From a virus (Duplodnaviria > Heunggongvirae > Uroviricota > Caudoviricetes), in IMG/VR virus record IMGVR_UViG_2579778634_000020: a stretch of 46,724 nt of DNA; one strand, given 5' to 3'. Below the pieces are notes generated by a model, which was not told the DNA's origin, made no database searches, and saw only the letters and a program-made list of their open reading frames with translations. The translations under genes were made by a program, and so were the position numbers. Below, one piece after another: positions 20,011-29,753 of this stretch (positions are counted from its first letter, which is position 1; every line of letters starts with the position of its first letter).

Positions 20011-21397
20011 TGATTTCCATCAGCATTACACTCTGATTTTTTAATTCATCGATCACTTCCTCTGGACGGGAATCCTGATCGATAAATTTCAACGCCTGCA
20101 ACACCCGAACCGCATCAATCTGACGTATATCACCGCCCTGACGCAATGACTGAACAGCCAGCGCGGAGGATGAGTCAAACACCTGGGCAGATACATCCAG
20201 TTCAGTGCGCACATCCACATTGCCACCGCAACTCTCTCCGATCCATTCCGCCATTATCTGGAGAATATTATCGAGGGCATCTTCGAGGGAGTTCGCCATT
20301 GTATAAAGCGGCGAGTTTTCCTGCATTCGCTCTTCATTAGTCTGATCAACAGATTTGGTGGATGTATTTTCAGCACGCAGAAGTTTAGCGCCGGCATGAC
20401 GCATCTGATTTTCCAGCTTCTCAAGTGATGTTTCGCCAGATTCTATCGCTGCGCCACTATGTTCAACATATTCGAGGCCATTTTTTGTTCTGTCCTCAAA
20501 AATCGTAGCGGTGGATGCACCAACCGTCAGTTCTTCATTCCTGTCCAGCCCGTAGGCCACCAGCAATGGAACGCGGGCAACATGAAGAATATTGTCCTGC
20601 TCGCTCTGGCTTTGCCAGTGCTTGATATTCAGCAAGCCAAGATTAAGCAATGGCGGTGTACCACGCATAAACCCTGTTTTCTTCGTATACAGTGTTACCA
20701 GAGGAATATCATCACGGCTGGTATTCCATGACTCATGAAGCGTCCAGACAGATTCGCCATTAGTACCTTCGCTGCGTCGATAAATTTCAACTCGACGGGG
20801 CATAATATGGCGGATCTGCTCCACCTTCTTCTGCCCGAAATCATCACCATCAATAATGATGACCTCTTTTATACGCAAATCAGTGAGAACAACTTTCCCT
20901 TTTTCAACTTTCGATTTCCATCCAATAACCTGGCGTGGATTCAGCATCGTAACGTACGGGCGACCACCGGCCGCGTTTTCATCGGCTTTTGTCCGAATCT
21001 CTTTCATATCCGTTCGTGGATAGTCCACCAGCGCATGTGCCACACCATACTGAAATGCGAGACTGAAAAATTGCTGCGCCCACACATCCAGTCGGCTCCC
21101 CTCCATGTCGATATTTTCTGCATATTCCCTGATTTTTTCCGGCGTTTCCTCACTCAATACTGTCGGCTCTGCAAATATGCGCCCAATATTTTGTTTGATG
21201 CTTTCTTCATACACAGGAAGTAGCGTAGCCACAGACAGGCGTTTTTTATAAGCGTCTTCATCTTCATTAGGCCATTTGGGGAGATAATTTTCCCCCTGCC
21301 TGCGCATTTCAAGCGTACCGCCCATCAATGCGTCGTTAATATCCCACGCCTCCAGCATATCGTTATAGTCGAGGTTGGGTGTTGATATATCAGCCAT
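19991..21397 (-). CDS. Portal protein
   Basis: 468 aa. Follows the terminase large subunit directly. Confidence 0.75.
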   Translation of the reverse strand: MADISTPNLDYNDMLEAWDINDALMGGTLEMRRQGENYLPKWPNEDEDAYKKRLSVATLLPVYEESIKQNIGRIFAEPTVLSEETPEKIREYAENIDMEGSRLDVWAQQFFSLAFQYGVAHALVDYPRTDMKEIRTKADENAAGGRPYVTMLNPRQVIGWKSKVEKGKVVLTDLRIKEVIIIDGDDFGQKKVEQIRHIMPRRVEIYRRSEGTNGESVWTLHESWNTSRDDIPLVTLYTKKTGFMRGTPPLLNLGLLNIKHWQSQSEQDNILHVARVPLLVAYGLDRNEELTVGASTATIFEDRTKNGLEYVEHSGAAIESGETSLEKLENQMRHAGAKLLRAENTSTKSVDQTNEERMQENSPLYTMANSLEDALDNILQIMAEWIGESCGGNVDVRTELDVSAQVFDSSSALAVQSLRQGGDIRQIDAVRVLQALKFIDQDSRPEEVIDELKNQSVMLMEINDANRE

Positions 21398-21399
21398 AA

Positions 21400-22710
21400 T
21401 TAAATCCGAAGTGATGTGACTCTTCCGGTCGGTTTGACAATAGGGAATTGCTTAACGATGAAATAACCTCCGGCATCATTCGGGTGATCATTGCCAGATT
21501 TTTTATCAGGCTCCCCCTTATCATCCCAGACCTGTTGCTCCAGAGATTCGGCATATACCGGACAACGCTTCACATTAACTTTATAGCGACGCTCACCATT
21601 GGCATTGCAGAACATTGCATTCATTGAGTTAACGCGATCTTTTACTGGCGGGTTCGAGCTGTTCACCACAACGTTAAAACCAGCCTGCTTAAGCTGGGCT
21701 ATATCCGTCGTACTTGCGTTACTTGATTTTCTGGAATCTCCGGAAGCATCTGGATAAATATAAATCTCCCTCACTTTCCGGTAATCATTCCCGTCATACA
21801 GCCAGAAGCGTTCTTTAATGATGCGGATCATATCCGGCGTATCGTAGGCATTGATGATTTCAGTTACCGCACATGGAAGCCCCAAACGCAGCACATGGAC
21901 GATCCCCGCCATCTTTCCAACGTTAAAATCCATCCCAATATAAATCGGCTCCCCTGGCTGCTCCACTTCTTCGCAATTATTCAGTTTCCGGTCAAACTGA
22001 TGGTAAACAGTACCACTTGTCAGGTTAGTAAACTGTCCTCGAAGATAGGCTTTAATCAGCTCTGGAGGGTATGATTCAAGAAGCGAAGGAATGTAATCTG
22101 CTGGCAGGTTCTTTTCATTATCGAAAGTAGATGCCTGCACCAGACCATACAGTGAGGCCAGCTCTGTTTTTTCACGCACGGCTTTAACAAACTGCTCGTA
22201 GACAAATTTGAATCCTTCCGGCGTGGTTGTAACGTCAATACCGTTGCGAAGTCCATCAATCTTATAACGCATACGCGCAATTATCTTGCGCCACGCCGTT
22301 CTGGCTTTTTCCTTCGGCAAAATGTCCAGTTCATCCACCAGCGCATTACCAATTTTGAAACCGACGATCGTTTGTGGCTTCTCCATCGATCTGCAGATAG
22401 TGGTTCCCCGATACTGGCGTCCGTAATAAAAGTGAACCTCTTTATTTCCCTCATTAATTTTTACGTTCAATCCCCAGTCAGCAGCAACTTCTTCCACTGT
22501 AGGGTAAAAAATATCGCGAATTTGGGGATACGTTGGCGCAAAATATCCCTGATTTATACCTGGATGCTCCCAAATCCCCTTGCATATGCCGCCACACCCA
22601 ACCCATGTTTTGCCCGAGCCAAAACCAGCAATATAGGCTTTAAATTTATGGGGCATTGAAAGAAATCGCGCCTGAGGCACATTAAGCGTCGGAGAGATCA
22701 TCTTCATCAC
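21400..22710 (-). CDS. Terminase large subunit (ATPase + nuclease)
   Basis: Walker A AGFGSGKT near the N-terminus; acidic nuclease motifs in the C-terminal half. 436 aa. Confidence 0.9.
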   Translation of the reverse strand: MMKMISPTLNVPQARFLSMPHKFKAYIAGFGSGKTWVGCGGICKGIWEHPGINQGYFAPTYPQIRDIFYPTVEEVAADWGLNVKINEGNKEVHFYYGRQYRGTTICRSMEKPQTIVGFKIGNALVDELDILPKEKARTAWRKIIARMRYKIDGLRNGIDVTTTPEGFKFVYEQFVKAVREKTELASLYGLVQASTFDNEKNLPADYIPSLLESYPPELIKAYLRGQFTNLTSGTVYHQFDRKLNNCEEVEQPGEPIYIGMDFNVGKMAGIVHVLRLGLPCAVTEIINAYDTPDMIRIIKERFWLYDGNDYRKVREIYIYPDASGDSRKSSNASTTDIAQLKQAGFNVVVNSSNPPVKDRVNSMNAMFCNANGERRYKVNVKRCPVYAESLEQQVWDDKGEPDKKSGNDHPNDAGGYFIVKQFPIVKPTGRVTSLRI

Positions 22711-23776
22711 TCCTTACTCTGGCATCAACCACATTAATATTGATCGCCACAGGCTGGGGATGTTCATTATCTTCCACCGTTTCGATCTCTTTGCGCAGCT
22801 TCTGGTTTTCCATTCTGCGCCGTTCAATTTCCAGTTCCTGTAGCCGTTTATCTGCACATAAAGCCCCGCCAGCAGAAAACAAACGCAACAATTCACGCCG
22901 GGCGGCAGCCTTATCCTCCAGCAGGATCTCAACGCCGAATTTTCCGAATTTTGCCCCTGCATATAATTGCCGCGCATCCCCATCAAGCAGAGTGGTATCA
23001 GCCATATAAAGCTGTCCCGTTCCCTCACCGCAGCACTTCGGGCAGTCCGGATTGGGTATGGCGTTATCAACAAAGCCGAGGCCTCCATATTCCGGTTCGG
23101 GTTTGCCATCTCTGGAAGCCTGCGCCGCTGCCTTGTCGAATTCTGCTATATCGCGCCACTGGTAGAGATGATTCTCGCCCCAGCAATAACGGCAGTTAAC
23201 ACGGCGAAATTGTGCAAGCTGATTGGGGTCGGCCAGGACAATGGCCATCAACTGACTCACCAGTAAATCCAGGTCTGCGGTATAGCGTTTCTGGTACTGA
23301 TTGCGGAAGTAGCTGATAGCGCGAAAAACCCTGGCATTTCTAAGCATACGACTGGCGTTGCTGTTAGCTGTCGCACCTTGCCCCTCATAACCGGCTAGTC
23401 GGTACGCCTCTGTCGGCTTTTTCCCCTGAGCAACAAGCATCGCAAACTTAGCCTGCTGGTCAGAAATGCCGAATTCATCGGGACAGAACGAAAATTCCTC
23501 CGCGTCGCCCTCATTCAGGCCCGCATCGAATACTGGCTTTTTTTCCTGAGATTTTTCGTTCCGCTTTTGTGCAGTCTGCGCAGATTTTTTCTGCGCACTT
23601 TTTTGCGCAGTTTTGCGCATTTCTGTCTGCGCATTTTTCGGAGGTTTTTTGATGTAACGACGGGCTGTTGCGTAATTCAGTCCCCTTGCTTCACACCATG
23701 CCACCGGAGATATACCGGAGCGGGTGTATTCAGCAATATACTCCTGCTGCAACGCCCCCCAGTCCGGTCTGCTCAT
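22682..23776 (-). CDS. Terminase small subunit (N-terminal HTH + Terminase_2-like core), unusually long (364 aa) with a C-terminal Cys-rich segment (C..C...CPKCCGEG)
   Basis: N-terminal HTH ISPVAWCEARGLNYATARRYIKK, then AYRLAGYEG...NASRMLRNARV. Overlaps the large terminase subunit. Confidence 0.7.
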   Translation of the reverse strand: MSRPDWGALQQEYIAEYTRSGISPVAWCEARGLNYATARRYIKKPPKNAQTEMRKTAQKSAQKKSAQTAQKRNEKSQEKKPVFDAGLNEGDAEEFSFCPDEFGISDQQAKFAMLVAQGKKPTEAYRLAGYEGQGATANSNASRMLRNARVFRAISYFRNQYQKRYTADLDLLVSQLMAIVLADPNQLAQFRRVNCRYCWGENHLYQWRDIAEFDKAAAQASRDGKPEPEYGGLGFVDNAIPNPDCPKCCGEGTGQLYMADTTLLDGDARQLYAGAKFGKFGVEILLEDKAAARRELLRLFSAGGALCADKRLQELEIERRRMENQKLRKEIETVEDNEHPQPVAININVVDARVRSDEDDLSDA

Positions 23777-23779
23777 CAG

Positions 23780-24031
23780 TTAGTCCTGATTTTTATCCAC
23801 CCTGAGTAGTTCGCGCAGAGCAAAGGCATCCCCTTTTCTGGCAAGCTTAAACAATGCCGCTCGTAACTCGGCTTCACCTTTCGCTCTGCCCTTACGGATG
23901 GCCGCATAAAAATCTGTCATTGCTTCCCGATTTTCTTTCAGTCGGTTCAGATCAACATCCAGAACGTCAGCGATTTGTTGTGCAGTCATCCGGCACGCTG
24001 CCAGAGACTCGACTTTCGAATACGGAATCAT
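23780..24031 (-). CDS. Small HTH DNA-binding protein (83 aa), possibly packaging-associated
   Basis: MTAQQIADVLDVDLNRLKENREAM... is an HTH-like segment; located directly upstream of terS. Confidence 0.4.
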   Translation of the reverse strand: MIPYSKVESLAACRMTAQQIADVLDVDLNRLKENREAMTDFYAAIRKGRAKGEAELRAALFKLARKGDAFALRELLRVDKNQD

Positions 24032-24920
24032 TTGTCACCCCTATTGATATGCAGGGTGTCTTCTTCCTGTATTTTTCGTGAAGGATTTTTACTGCAGCGT
24101 TGTTCCAGGTGACCTGATGGTGAATGCGTTTATGGCTGGCACCCATCAGTGAGATTTTTACGCACGACGGCGCATACATGACGGAGTAAAAACTTTTAAC
24201 GTAGGTTCCGGAATCCAGATACAGCTCGGTCATTCCGCCGCTGTTTTTCTGCGTCTGTTTCTGCCCTAACTGGACAGCACCGATCGTCATGAACAATTCA
24301 CCACAGCGACCGAGATTCGTGTACGTATTCACATCCTCGTTAATGCGCCCCATGAATGAGAACGGTCGATCAACCGAACAGATAAAGCTGTTCATTGCCT
24401 TGCGTTTCACCCACGAAGCATGGCCGCCATTGTCACCAAGAAAATCCCCGCCCTGCGACATAGCGATGGAAAGAGCAGGTATTGATTCGTAGTACGCCAG
24501 CATTTCAGAAAGGATCGCATCCAGTTTCCTTATCGGAAAATAGGCCTGGTCATAGTTGCGATCCACCCGAAACTGGAACTCGTGATAATCATCATCGAGC
24601 TGAATGAAGTATTTACACCCGACCAGTTTTGCCAGGTCGAAACAGGCATTACGGGCGTAAAAAATTGAGCGGCGGTCACCGAAATTATCGGCTTCGTCAA
24701 AACGACTGGCGATATCGGCTTTGGAAAACACCAGCACCTGTTCACCAAATTCAGCCATGTACTGATGCCGTGTCTTATCTTCATCATCAACAACGATAAA
24801 AATTTTCCCGGTATAGCCAGCACGACGCAACGTCCGGTAAGTCAGAACTTTGTCCGGTCGCCCGTGAGTCAGAATAAAGGCGCAAAAATCATCACGCATA
24901 TTCCTCCTCCTCACCACCAT
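23967..24920 (-). CDS. Hypothetical protein with a GT-A-like glycosyltransferase signature (beta-strand/DD then DDD motif)
   Basis: FILTHGRPDKV...KIFIVVDDED ... YFIQLDDDYHEF resembles the nucleotide-diphospho-sugar transferase fold. Weak inference. Confidence 0.35.
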   Translation of the reverse strand: MVVRRRNMRDDFCAFILTHGRPDKVLTYRTLRRAGYTGKIFIVVDDEDKTRHQYMAEFGEQVLVFSKADIASRFDEADNFGDRRSIFYARNACFDLAKLVGCKYFIQLDDDYHEFQFRVDRNYDQAYFPIRKLDAILSEMLAYYESIPALSIAMSQGGDFLGDNGGHASWVKRKAMNSFICSVDRPFSFMGRINEDVNTYTNLGRCGELFMTIGAVQLGQKQTQKNSGGMTELYLDSGTYVKSFYSVMYAPSCVKISLMGASHKRIHHQVTWNNAAVKILHEKYRKKTPCISIGVTNDSVFESRVSGSVPDDCTTNR

Positions 24921-25683
24921 GCATGATCTCCACCATGCGCTGCGTCATCCGGACAAATCCATTTTCAATAGCCTGCTGATAATCAATGATCACCAGCGCC
25001 GACTCCTCGAAAAAACACTGAATTTCAGCGGGGGCGTGAGCGTAATAGTCCGCAATTCTGCTGAAATTAAACACCGTGTGACGTTCTGCCGCACACAGGA
25101 GGAATTTCTCAATATCAGGCTCAAGAGACGCCGAACGTATCCGGCTGATCAGCTCCTGAGTTTTCGTATCGTCGTACAGTTCACTGATATCCGGTTTACC
25201 GCCCGACGGCTCATAAACAGGCGTATCAATTTTCGTCGTATACGGCTCCTCCTCATTTCCTGTACCGGGCAAAACATCCGTCAACAGTTCATCAATTTCT
25301 GTCGGGATGAAGCCTGTCAGGGAGACATCAAAATCAGCATTGATTAGGTCCGACAGCTCCATCCGCAACAGATCTTCATCCCAGCCAGCATTCATCGGCA
25401 GGCGATTATCTGCCAGGCGGTACGCCTTTTTCTGCTCATCCGTCAGGCCAGACAGAACAATGACCGGAACAGAATCCATTTTGAGCATTTCAGCCGCCAT
25501 AACACGACCGTGACCCGCAATAATTTCGCCCTTTTCGTCAATCAGCACCGGATTAGTCCAGCCGAATTGCTTAATACTTTCTACCAGTTGTGCCACCTGC
25601 TCAGTACTGTGCGTCCTGGCGTTGTGCGCATACGGTGACAATTCTTGTAATGGGCGATAGACTATCTTTAATTTCTCGCTCAT
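24892..25683 (-). CDS. ParB-like nuclease domain protein (ParB/Srx N-terminal domain)
   Basis: N-terminal KIVYRPLQELSPYAHNARTHSTEQVAQLVESIKQFGWTNPVLIDEKGEIIAGHGR is typical ParB-N (GxxR). C-terminus acidic. Confidence 0.7.
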   Translation of the reverse strand: MSEKLKIVYRPLQELSPYAHNARTHSTEQVAQLVESIKQFGWTNPVLIDEKGEIIAGHGRVMAAEMLKMDSVPVIVLSGLTDEQKKAYRLADNRLPMNAGWDEDLLRMELSDLINADFDVSLTGFIPTEIDELLTDVLPGTGNEEEPYTTKIDTPVYEPSGGKPDISELYDDTKTQELISRIRSASLEPDIEKFLLCAAERHTVFNFSRIADYYAHAPAEIQCFFEESALVIIDYQQAIENGFVRMTQRMVEIMHGGEEEEYA

Positions 25684-25700
25684 ACAGCCTTGCTTTATGA

Positions 25701-25734
25701 ATAAAACGCACCCCAGCAGCCAGTGCTACTGGGG
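25701..25734 (-). terminator. Hairpin (CCCCAG...CUGGGG) + U-rich tract downstream of trkG
   Basis: Seen in sequence. Confidence 0.45.
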
Positions 25735-25820
25735 ACGGAGGTATTGCTGGTAAAGTTAGGTATTGGATCAATGAGTGAGTCAACATAATATTAAACTCAC
25801 AATTATAAATCAGCCATATA

Positions 25821-27278
25821 TTAGGAGCGCCAAAAAAAACCTGAAAACAATATAATAACAGGATAAATTTCAAGGCGACCAAGAATCATAGCTATGCACA
25901 TTAAACATTTTGCAATGTCATTAAGCACTCCGAATGACGATGCAGTAGCCCCAAAACCTAATCCCATATTATTAATACATGCAGCCACTGTTGCAAATGA
26001 TGTAAGAAAATCATATCCCATACCATTTAACACCAGTATAAAAAACACCGTGAAGAGAGTATAAAGAAAAAAGAAACTCCATACAGACCTCATTACACGA
26101 TCTGTAACTATCTTCCCTCCTACATTTACACTCAACAACGCTCTGGGATGAGAAAGCTGATTTATCTCGTGTTTGCTTTGTTTGAAAAGTATAAGAAATC
26201 GAAGTGACTTAATTCCACCACAAGTTGAACCTATACATCCCCCAAAGAAACTTGACAACAGCAAAAACACTATCGTGTGCGTGGGCCAACTTGCATAATC
26301 CTGCGTAGCTAAACCATTATCAGTGAGCATGGAGCTGGCAAGAAAAAACGAATGAATAAAACTTCCATGCAAGTCATACATACCTATATGCCAGACCTGG
26401 AAAGAGGTAACAATGATCACCCCTAAGGCTATTAACAGAAAGAAACGAAGTTCAATATCTCTGATTAAAGGTTTTATCGTTTTCCTGCTAATAACAATAT
26501 ACCAAAGAGTGAAGTTGAAAGCCGATAGCAGGGAAAAAGAACCAGCCACCAGCTCAACCAAATAGTTATTAAAATATCCGATACTCTCGCTATGAGTTGA
26601 GAAACCACCAAGCGAAACTGTGGAAATCCCGTGACAAATAGCATCAAACAAAGGCATTCCTGCAAGTCTATAACAGACAATACAAGCAATACCTAATAAA
26701 GAATAAGTTATCCACAGTGTCCGTGACGTATCGGCCAGGCGGGGAGTGAGTTTGTCATCCTTAAATGGCCCCGGCATTTCTGACTGATAAAGCTTTGCAC
26801 CACCAATACCCAATAATGGCAATACAGCAACCGCCAGAACAATAACTCCTAAACCACCTATAAAATTTAACTGTGACCGATAGTACAAATATGCCCGAGG
26901 TAATGAACTAACATCATCAATTACAGTTGCTCCTGTTGTTGTTATTCCAGAAACCCCTTCAAACAGAGCATCAATGAACGTTAAATTAAGTTCTGAGTCA
27001 ATCCATAAAGGGAATGCACTAATAACAGAAAACAAAATCCAAAACATTACAATTATAATAAACCCATCACGGGTACGTAATTGAATGCCAGATTTCTTAG
27101 TTGTATACCACGCTCCGCCACCAATGCAAAAAAATATAACGAAAGTTATAAAGAAAACGAACAGGCTTTTTTCTTTATAAAACAATGCTACAACCATTGG
27201 TGGCAACATTGAAAGACTATAGAGCCAAACCAGGAACCCACACATATGAGTAACAACTCTTACATGAGATGTATTCAT
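25821..27278 (-). CDS. trkG: Trk-system K+ uptake protein TrkG (TrkH/KtrB family); prophage cargo gene. Start taken at MNTSHV.
   Basis: 485 aa polytopic membrane protein matching Rac-prophage TrkG of E. coli K-12 as I recall it. Much lower GC than the flanking phage genes. Confidence 0.9.
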   Translation of the reverse strand: MNTSHVRVVTHMCGFLVWLYSLSMLPPMVVALFYKEKSLFVFFITFVIFFCIGGGAWYTTKKSGIQLRTRDGFIIIVMFWILFSVISAFPLWIDSELNLTFIDALFEGVSGITTTGATVIDDVSSLPRAYLYYRSQLNFIGGLGVIVLAVAVLPLLGIGGAKLYQSEMPGPFKDDKLTPRLADTSRTLWITYSLLGIACIVCYRLAGMPLFDAICHGISTVSLGGFSTHSESIGYFNNYLVELVAGSFSLLSAFNFTLWYIVISRKTIKPLIRDIELRFFLLIALGVIIVTSFQVWHIGMYDLHGSFIHSFFLASSMLTDNGLATQDYASWPTHTIVFLLLSSFFGGCIGSTCGGIKSLRFLILFKQSKHEINQLSHPRALLSVNVGGKIVTDRVMRSVWSFFFLYTLFTVFFILVLNGMGYDFLTSFATVAACINNMGLGFGATASSFGVLNDIAKCLMCIAMILGRLEIYPVIILFSGFFWRS

Positions 27279-27415
27279 ATCTAAATATTCTTTCAATTAT
27301 AACCACCTTGCTGCAATATTATGATTATACTGTATAAAATTTAACTCCTCTTAGATCTTACTTCACTGTTCCTTATGAAACAATCATCAAAATGAATCAT
27401 ATTGTAGTTAAGATT

Positions 27416-27880
27416 TTACTTTAAACACTGCTCGGTTATGTATTGCTGAGCACCTTCAAGTTGGGCCTGCATCATTACCAGTCGTTCCCGCAGGGTGAAA
27501 TAATCCCGTTCAGCGGTGTCTGCCAGTCGGGGGGAGGCTGCATTATCCACGCCGGAGGCGGTGGTGGCTTCACGCACTGACTGACAGACTGCTTTGATGT
27601 GCAACCGACGACGACCAGCGGCAACATCATCACGCAGAGCATCATTTTCAGCTTTCGCATCAGCTAACTCCTTCGTGTATTTTGCATCGAGCGCAGCAAC
27701 ATCACGCTGACGCATCTGCATGTCAGTAATTGCCGCGTTCGCCAGCTTCAGTTCTCTGGCATTTTTGTCGCGCTGTTCTTTGTAGGCGATGGCGTTATCA
27801 CGGTAATGATTAACACCCCATGACAGGCAGACGACGATGCAGATAACCAGAGCGGAGATAATCGCGGTTACTCTGCTCAT
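27416..27880 (-). CDS. Rz: Spanin, inner membrane subunit Rz
   Basis: 154 aa, near-identical to lambda Rz ([31 protein letters not shown]...). Confidence 0.95.
   Translation of the reverse strand: MSRVTAIISALVICIVVCLSWGVNHYRDNAIAYKEQRDKNARELKLANAAITDMQMRQRDVAALDAKYTKELADAKAENDALRDDVAAGRRRLHIKAVCQSVREATTASGVDNAASPRLADTAERDYFTLRERLVMMQAQLEGAQQYITEQCLK
27475..27660 (-). CDS. Rz1: Spanin, outer membrane lipoprotein Rz1, embedded in the +1 frame of Rz
   Basis: [52 protein letters not shown]... has the lipobox LVVVGC and a proline-rich segment; lambda Rz1-like. Confidence 0.9.
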   Translation of the reverse strand: MRKLKMMLCVMMLPLVVVGCTSKQSVSQCVKPPPPPAWIMQPPPDWQTPLNGIISPCGNDW

Positions 27881-28353
27881 ACCTCAATCTCTCTGACCGT
27901 TCCGCCAGCTTCTTTGAATTTTGCAATCAGACTGTCAGCCTTATGCTCGAACTGACCATAACCAGCGCCCGGCAGTGAAGCCCATATATTGCTGCAACGG
28001 TCGATAGCCTGACGGATATCACCGCGATCAATCATCGGCAAAGCGCCACGCTCTTTAATCTGCTGCAGCGCTACAGCATCCTGACTTTCTGGAGAAAAAT
28101 CTTTCAGGCCAAGTTGCTTGCGGTAGGCATCCCACCAGCGTGAAAGAAGCTGGTAACGTCCAGCGGCTGTTGATTTGAGTTTCGGATTTAGCGTGACAAG
28201 TTTGCGGGGGTGATCGGAGTAATCAGTGAACAGTTCGCCACCGACAATAACATCATAACCGTGATTTCTGGTTTTCTGCCGTCCGTTATCTGTTCCTTCT
28301 GACCATGCCACCATATCAAGGAAAGCTTTACGCTGGGAATTAAGTGTCTGCAT
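27877..28353 (-). CDS. R: Endolysin R (lytic transglycosylase, lambda R type)
   Basis: 158 aa, near-identical to lambda R ([46 protein letters not shown]...). Confidence 0.95.
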   Translation of the reverse strand: MQTLNSQRKAFLDMVAWSEGTDNGRQKTRNHGYDVIVGGELFTDYSDHPRKLVTLNPKLKSTAAGRYQLLSRWWDAYRKQLGLKDFSPESQDAVALQQIKERGALPMIDRGDIRQAIDRCSNIWASLPGAGYGQFEHKADSLIAKFKEAGGTVREIEV

Positions 28354-28356
28354 TAA

Positions 28357-28707
28357 TTACTCCTTATGGGCACCGAACTTGTTACCGATGACCCTCATTG
28401 CCGCACCACGAATAGCATCAACACCAATCAGCCCCACCCCACCACCAATGGCAACAGAAAGTGATTTAGGCCATCCGACATACTCAAGCGCGGATGCAAA
28501 GGTCAGCGTCAGAGCACCACAAAGCAGAATCTCAAGCGTTTTTCGTTTCCAGCCGCCGCCACCGCCAAAATAGGCAATGCGCAAACCAGCCATAATAATT
28601 GACATAACCACTGCACCCAGCGGCGTATCTCCACGCCACCAACTTTGTAAGAGTTCCAGTAAGTCAGGCCAGGAATGAGGGGCATTGTGCATTTTCATAA
28701 GCCTCAC
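28357..28707 (-). CDS. Holin (not lambda S type)
   Basis: 116 aa with multiple TM segments and a charged C-terminus, immediately upstream of R with a 4-nt gap. Confidence 0.75.
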   Translation of the reverse strand: MRLMKMHNAPHSWPDLLELLQSWWRGDTPLGAVVMSIIMAGLRIAYFGGGGGWKRKTLEILLCGALTLTFASALEYVGWPKSLSVAIGGGVGLIGVDAIRGAAMRVIGNKFGAHKE

Positions 28708-28915
28708 CTCCGAGAGTTCGGATGGTGCTAAGTGTAAGATTCAGGCTCTCAGGCTTGCTAACAAGAAGTCGAGGATGTTTCCGGAGCCTAACAACGAAAA
28801 AGCCCCGGGACATGCCGGGGCCAGATGGAGTGCCAGATTAAGCTTCTGGCGGTATATACTCGTGTTTGATATCGTTAAATCGCCAAAAGTAACAATTCAA
28901 ACAAAGAGGATTTTT

Positions 28916-29077
28916 ATGTCTGAAAAAAACAAACCACAAGGTGAAAATAAACCTCAGCACCCCGTGGCACCAAAACCAACTCCAACACAAAGTACTACAG
29001 ACTTTGCTACACGTCGTGTTTTTGTTGGAGATTCTGCCGACTCAGTCATTGAACATATAAAAAAACAGCCGAGATAA
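28916..29077 (+). CDS. Small hypothetical protein (53 aa) on the plus strand, convergent with and overlapping the 3' end of the 189-aa membrane protein gene
   Basis: RBS AGAGGA 7 nt upstream. MSEKNKPQGENKPQHPVAPKPTPTQSTTDFATRRVFVGDSADSVIEHIKKQPR. Confidence 0.4.
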   Translation: MSEKNKPQGENKPQHPVAPKPTPTQSTTDFATRRVFVGDSADSVIEHIKKQPR

Positions 29078-29615
29078 ACATCGCCGCTACCGGAGCAAGG
29101 ATGGTATACATCCTTGCTTTATCGAGACTCGTGCGGATTTTCTCATTTTCCAACAGTAACTCTCTTGCTGTATCACTCAAGTCAACAAGGCGATACCTTC
29201 GTATAAGCGGCAATAACTTATCAGGTCCTAAATATCCTGCATCAGCGAATATTTTAAAGCTCGAGGGCTCCATATCCTTATATTTTTCATGATATAGATG
29301 ATCAGGAGGGGCATTGATCAGGCCCCTAACCTTCACAGATAAACCAGTACATACCAAGTAAATGGCGCACCATGTCCATAGTAATGTAAATGTGGTAATT
29401 CCGGCGGTGAGAAAATCGAAATTAGTTTTCTGTGTCAGCAATAAAAAAGATGAACCAATTCCAACAATCTGAATGTTCAGAAGTTTGTATCCATTCTCAA
29501 CATTGGTTTTGTTAGAAAGATGAATCTCTCGTATCGTCTCTTCCCCTTGTTTTTCAAGATAATCGACGAGCTCATCATCTACTCCTAAAAAATAATCTTT
29601 AGGTAGTTCTCTCAT
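29046..29615 (-). CDS. Hypothetical membrane protein (3 predicted TM segments) in the moron slot between tR' and the holin
   Basis: 189 aa. TM candidates LLNIQIVGIGSSFLLLTQ, FTLLWTWCAIYLVCTGL and ILAPVAAMFISAVFLYV. No recognisable family. Confidence 0.55.
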   Translation of the reverse strand: MRELPKDYFLGVDDELVDYLEKQGEETIREIHLSNKTNVENGYKLLNIQIVGIGSSFLLLTQKTNFDFLTAGITTFTLLWTWCAIYLVCTGLSVKVRGLINAPPDHLYHEKYKDMEPSSFKIFADAGYLGPDKLLPLIRRYRLVDLSDTARELLLENEKIRTSLDKARMYTILAPVAAMFISAVFLYVQ

Positions 29616-29722
29616 CTCACCTCCACATCCTGTACTGAAAACAATTTTACCAGAATGTCTCGATTCTAGGTATTCCGCCAGGAATCGCGCTCCAGAAATG
29701 AAACATCAGGTTCGCCAGTACC

Positions 29723-29753
29723 AGAAACAACAAAACCCGCTCAATGGCGGGTT
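29723..29753 (-). terminator. Candidate tR' late terminator (AACCCGC-CAUUGA-GCGGGUU-UUGUUGUUUC) about 85 nt downstream of Q
   Basis: Seen in sequence. Correct position for the Q-antiterminated terminator. Confidence 0.6.

Noticed and set aside
22714-23266. Several 80-130 aa ORFs on both strands inside terS
   Set aside because: Antisense or alternative frames of a supported coding region. No RBS.
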